Assembly (NCBI GenBank): GCA_965208325.1
Contig: OZ242326.1
Coordinates: 4,224,001-4,288,000, forward strand
Origin: Candidatus Poribacteria bacterium
Lineage (GTDB): Bacteria > Poribacteria > WGA-4E > PCPOR2b
Reading direction: 5' to 3'
Length of the DNA: 64,000 bases
Part shown: one piece after another, positions 59,807 to 64,000 of the stretch
Layout: every line of letters begins with the position of its first letter
How positions within the stretch are numbered: the stretch's first letter is position 1
Notes under the pieces: generated by a model
What the model was told of the DNA's origin: nothing
Database searches by the model: none
What the model saw: only the letters and a program-made list of their open reading frames with translations
Program-made: the position numbers and the translations under genes

Positions 59807-61222
59807 ATGGCACTCACGCCCCGATTAGTTGTTGAAGTTTTTGAGCATGTAAACTATCAGGGACGCAAAGCCACAATTATTGATTCCGTATCAAATACGG
59901 AAGACGTTGGTGTCCAAGATGTCATTTCCTCGATCCGAATCTATAAGGGGCCGGGTTTCAATGCTTCCCCCAATTACAAAGCGATTTTCCATGAGACCGC
60001 CAATTACCAAGGGCGAAGATTGGTTCTTGGACCGGGATTCTATCCAAACATCCACGATATTCCATACAACTTTGGCGATATAATTTCTTCCATTAGTTTT
60101 AGTCCTGCTGCCAACCCGACCCCGCCGGATTATGGTGCGATTCCTGTCATTATTGAGGCGTTTCAAGATCTCGACTTTCATGGTCAAACGAGCATAATTA
60201 TGCGGGATGTCAGCAATCTGCGAGATATTGGAATGGACGACGCAATCTCGTCCTTGCGCATTCAACGCGGCCCTAACTTTCCTTTCAGCGGTTGTCATGT
60301 GGTTTTTTACGACCAGCCGAATTTTGAAGGGCGGCGGATGAACATACAGTTAACCTCACGCGAGTTCAGGGTGAGTCTTCGGAATCTCCACGAGGTGCCT
60401 CAATCATTTTCGGACATTATCTCCTCTGTGAAAATAGTGCCGCTCGGCGCCTTTCGCGTCCTGGTTGTGGTTGGCTACCGCACTACCCCGGAACCGTCCA
60501 TATTGGAATCTCTTACGAAAATTGAGGGACACGAATTTCAGTTTAAAACAATCAATATTAATCCTAACCCGGACAACTTTGGAGATTCGAAAACCGCCGT
60601 AAAACTTTCTAGCGAAGTCCTCTCGGAATACGACATTATCTGGTTTACATGGTTTGCGGCGGCGCACGACCAAGAATACTTTGTTGAGGACGCCGACGAG
60701 GCGATTAAAGATTTTGTAAGAAGGGGTGGGATTGTCTGGGCTTCATCCATGGATAACAACATTATTCCCCCTGATGGCGTGTACACGCACGAACCGATGT
60801 GGCGCGGCGACTGGCTGCCTGTGGATCGGCATCCGATTCGTATCGTCAACTCGGACGATGTGAATATCAACATTACACCCGAAGGGCAGAAAACAGGGTT
60901 GTTCACGTGGCCCCACCAGGTTGATGTGAATGCGTTGGTGACCGATGATCACTGGGTTACAGACGATCCCGCGTACACGCGATTGGGAGTGCGCAGCGAC
61001 AATAACGAAATTGTGAGTTTTCAATTGCGGTGGGGCGATGGGTATTATGTCACTTTTGCGATAGATACGCGCGATGCACGTAGAGCGTCCCTCGCCAAAA
61101 CCTTGATTGAAAACGCCCTTTGTTATCTGGCGAGCCTCGCGTGGCAAACCTCACCTCGACAACCGCTCAAAGGGCGGCACCGAGCCCCTTCGAGTACTGA
61201 TTGGCACGGACAAATTATTTAA
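59807..61222 (+). CDS. Beta/gamma-crystallin domain protein with C-terminal class I GATase-like domain
   Basis: Four Greek-key motifs (F/Y-x-x-x-N/D-Y/F-x-G...D-x-ISS); C-terminal 'LSEYDIIWF...IKDFVRRGGIVW'. Confidence 0.85.
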   Translation: MALTPRLVVEVFEHVNYQGRKATIIDSVSNTEDVGVQDVISSIRIYKGPGFNASPNYKAIFHETANYQGRRLVLGPGFYPNIHDIPYNFGDIISSISFSPAANPTPPDYGAIPVIIEAFQDLDFHGQTSIIMRDVSNLRDIGMDDAISSLRIQRGPNFPFSGCHVVFYDQPNFEGRRMNIQLTSREFRVSLRNLHEVPQSFSDIISSVKIVPLGAFRVLVVVGYRTTPEPSILESLTKIEGHEFQFKTININPNPDNFGDSKTAVKLSSEVLSEYDIIWFTWFAAAHDQEYFVEDADEAIKDFVRRGGIVWASSMDNNIIPPDGVYTHEPMWRGDWLPVDRHPIRIVNSDDVNINITPEGQKTGLFTWPHQVDVNALVTDDHWVTDDPAYTRLGVRSDNNEIVSFQLRWGDGYYVTFAIDTRDARRASLAKTLIENALCYLASLAWQTSPRQPLKGRHRAPSSTDWHGQII

Positions 61223-61347
61223 TCATAATCTTAAATTGTGACACCAATTGGAAGGAACATCCGTCCAATTTTGCCGTTTTCCCGAAACCTGGTTTTTTGA
61301 GTTTTAAGTTCACACCTTTGAACCCTCCACGTTAATAGGAGAAGTCA

Positions 61348-63615
61348 ATGCGTTTGATCGGTGTCATCGTAATCACCGTGTTGGTTGCGATAGTGGTTGG
61401 AATCTTGGCTAACGAGCAGCTGGCGGATGCTGTACAAGGGTTGATTCGCTGGCTGATGATTACGGGCGTCATAGTCCTTGCGATCCTCGTTGCCTTTATT
61501 GGTTCTGTCATTCGTTACAGAAAGCCGAAATCTGATATTGCACTGGTTCGGACTGGCGGCCGCCGCGAGAAGATAACCATTACCGGCGGTATGTGGATCA
61601 ACACGATTATCCACGAAGTCAAGGAAATCTCACTGAATACGATGCGCATTGAAGTTGTTCGGGAAGCGCAAGAAGCGTTGATTACCGTCGACTTAAACCG
61701 GGCGGATACCGAAGCCGTGTTCTATCTCAAAGTTGAACCGATTACGGATGAAATTTTGAGAGCGGCTCAAGCGCTCGGAGATAAATCGATGACGCCGGAG
61801 ACCGTGCGTGAACTCATTGAACCAAAACTCGAAGGCGCATTAAGAAGCGTGGCTGCCGAGACCGAAATCCAAGATTTGTTGCAGAAACGACAGGAGTTCG
61901 CGGACAACGTCCAAAGAGCAGTTGGCTTAGATTTAAAAAATCAAAACGGACTTACACTTGAAACCGTCTCAATTATCCGTATCGACCAAACCCCAGTCGC
62001 AACGCTGGATACGGAGAACCGATTTGATGCGGTCGGTATTCGTACAATTACCGAAATTACGGCGGACCAGGCGCGGGAAAAGGAACGGATTGTTCAGGAA
62101 AAAGAGGTTGCGATTGTCCGCATTGATGTTGATGCGCGCATCCAAAAACTCGAAGCGGAGCAAGCACAGGCATTGGCGGAATCCGATCAACAGCGGAACA
62201 TCGCCATCTATGCGGCGGAAAGAGAAGCCGATACCCTAAAATTCCAATTCGAAATGGAACAGGGTGTGCAAGAGCGCGAGTACGTAATGAAGCAGGAGGT
62301 GGAGAGGGCGCGGATTGTTCAGGAGCAGGTGGTTCAAGAGCGGGAAATCGAGATGAACAGGGAAGTAGAACTTGCCCGCGTTGAACAGGAGCAGGCGGTC
62401 GCAGAGCGAGAAATCCAGATGAACCTCGTGGTTGAAACGAAGCAGATTGAGCAGTCCAAGGCAGTGGAACTGGCTGAGATTGAGCGGGTTTTGACTGTCG
62501 AAACGCGGCGGATTGAACAGGAAGAAACCGTAGCTATCCGAGAGTTTGAGAAGACACTAGCAATCGAGAAGGCGCGCATCGCCCAAGAAGAGGGCGTTGA
62601 GTTGAGAGACATTGAGCGGACGTTGGCGGTAGAGACCTCTAGGATTGCACAAGAGCAGCAGGTACAACTGCGTGATATTGAGAAAAACCTTGTTATTGAA
62701 ACCGGACAGATAAGCCAGTCCCGACAGGTCGAACTCGCCGAGATTGACAAGATGCAGGTCGTGGAAGTGCGCGAAATGGAGAAGACCCTCTTCGTCGAGA
62801 GGGCACGCATCGCTCAAGAGGAAGGCGTTGAGTTGAGAGATATTGAGCGGCTGTTAGCCGTGGAGACCTCCCGCTTCGCGCAAGAGCAACAAGTGCAGCA
62901 GCGTGAAATTGAGAAGAACTTGGTAGTTGAAACCGCACAGATTGGGCAGATGCGCCAAGTCGAGCTTGCAGAGATTCAAAAAATCTTGACGGTTGAGCAG
63001 GCGCGAATTAGTCAGGAACTGACAGTCGCGTTGAGGGACGAGGATCGGAAAATCGAGGTCGCCCACAAACAGCAGGTCACGGCATTGGCGGAACGCGACA
63101 AGTTGTTGGCGCAAGCAGAGGAAGTGGGCGCACAAGTTACGGTTACAGCGACCCAGGAGGTTGGAGAGGCTGAATGGCAGCGTGATGTTGCCGTGATCGG
63201 TGCAGAGGCGCAGGCGCAGCCGATTGAACGCCTTGCTGATGCGGTGCTCGCCGAAGCAAGAGCGAAGGCGCAGGGTGAAATGGCGCATTTACAGGCGCGA
63301 AATGTTGCCGAGCAACGTGTCCTAGTTCAGGAAGCGATTCTGGATCTCATTGATACATCGCCTGAACTTGTTGAGAGACTCATGAAGCCGGTCGAGCAGA
63401 TTGACAGCATTAAAATCCTCGACATGGGCGGCGACAATCAGGGCGGCGTCAACCGCAGCAACATGGGTCGCCTTGCAAACACGCTGCTTGACACCGGCGC
63501 AATTTCACCCATGTTGAAGGAATTGTTCAATTTTGCCGATGTCGACGCCCAGCAAGTCGCTGATAAAATCGCTCAATATCTTGCCGATTTGGTGAACCGC
63601 CCTAGGGAATCCTAG
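61348..63615 (+). CDS. Flotillin/SPFH family protein with extended repeat coiled coil
   Basis: Two N-terminal TM helices; ALVRTGG; SPFH 'LEGALRSVAA..GLTLETVSI'; 'NRFDAVGIR'; C-terminal 'MKPVEQIDSIKILD'. Confidence 0.9.
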   Translation: MRLIGVIVITVLVAIVVGILANEQLADAVQGLIRWLMITGVIVLAILVAFIGSVIRYRKPKSDIALVRTGGRREKITITGGMWINTIIHEVKEISLNTMRIEVVREAQEALITVDLNRADTEAVFYLKVEPITDEILRAAQALGDKSMTPETVRELIEPKLEGALRSVAAETEIQDLLQKRQEFADNVQRAVGLDLKNQNGLTLETVSIIRIDQTPVATLDTENRFDAVGIRTITEITADQAREKERIVQEKEVAIVRIDVDARIQKLEAEQAQALAESDQQRNIAIYAAEREADTLKFQFEMEQGVQEREYVMKQEVERARIVQEQVVQEREIEMNREVELARVEQEQAVAEREIQMNLVVETKQIEQSKAVELAEIERVLTVETRRIEQEETVAIREFEKTLAIEKARIAQEEGVELRDIERTLAVETSRIAQEQQVQLRDIEKNLVIETGQISQSRQVELAEIDKMQVVEVREMEKTLFVERARIAQEEGVELRDIERLLAVETSRFAQEQQVQQREIEKNLVVETAQIGQMRQVELAEIQKILTVEQARISQELTVALRDEDRKIEVAHKQQVTALAERDKLLAQAEEVGAQVTVTATQEVGEAEWQRDVAVIGAEAQAQPIERLADAVLAEARAKAQGEMAHLQARNVAEQRVLVQEAILDLIDTSPELVERLMKPVEQIDSIKILDMGGDNQGGVNRSNMGRLANTLLDTGAISPMLKELFNFADVDAQQVADKIAQYLADLVNRPRES

Positions 63616-64000
63616 CGGGACATTGCGCCGCCAGTAAGTGCGTTTTCCGCCCAATAATCTAACTCTAGGCAGCGGCTGTAGATTAGTTTCTCGCAGATGG
63701 CATTTCAAGTTGCGGTCCGAGTCCAAACTTTGGAAGATGAGGTGCTTGGATGGCGCGGTTTAATCCATTTGGACTACCATGGAGACGACTCAAAAAGAAT
63801 CGCTGCCGTACTTGCCGAACGGATAATGGCAAGCGTGTGTGTCCGGCGTTGAGCGGCGTATTGATTTGTCCGGCGTGCTGTCAAGCGAAACGGGCAAAAA
63901 TCCCGGGCTGCGATGAACGTTGCCGTTATTATATGCCTCTGATTCGAACGAGCAAAATACATCCCCCGCCCGAATATCCCATCTATAAATGCTTAATTAG

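Noticed and set aside
63774..63962. 62-aa ORF at the window end
   Set aside because: No recognisable features, and the context is truncated

Overview
Bacterial window, most likely Candidatus Poribacteria. This is an inference from the 'NYPNPFNPETWIPY...YWDGRN..GE.VASG' C-terminal sorting domain, the DUF6785-type membrane protein and the dense palindromic repeats. The left half (2.7-31 kb) is a cell-surface/secretion region. It holds two giant signal-peptide proteins (about 1760 and 3126 aa) ending in T9SS type A/FlgD-like CTDs, two PorV/PorQ-family barrels, LysM, DUF5683-like and OmpA/MotB-domain proteins, a degenerate AccA-like protein, a CDP-alcohol phosphatidyltransferase and two membrane-anchored coiled-coil proteins. 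The right half holds a DUF2089/DUF4097 operon, ureEFG without urease subunits, VOC, MetE-like, TPR/propeller, GH127-like and VWA genes, tilS-hpt, a diheme cytochrome c, a divergent citrate synthase-icd-mdh run, gltB, a beta/gamma-crystallin protein and a long flotillin. Intergenic DNA is a mosaic of many GTAG/GTGG-footed REP-like hairpin families. One is a 102-103 bp element with conserved ends and a 71-72 nt hypervariable core (12 copies). Tandem arrays of 31, 39-40, 158 and 338 bp units are also present. No rRNA, tRNA, CRISPR/cas or transposase gene was recognised.
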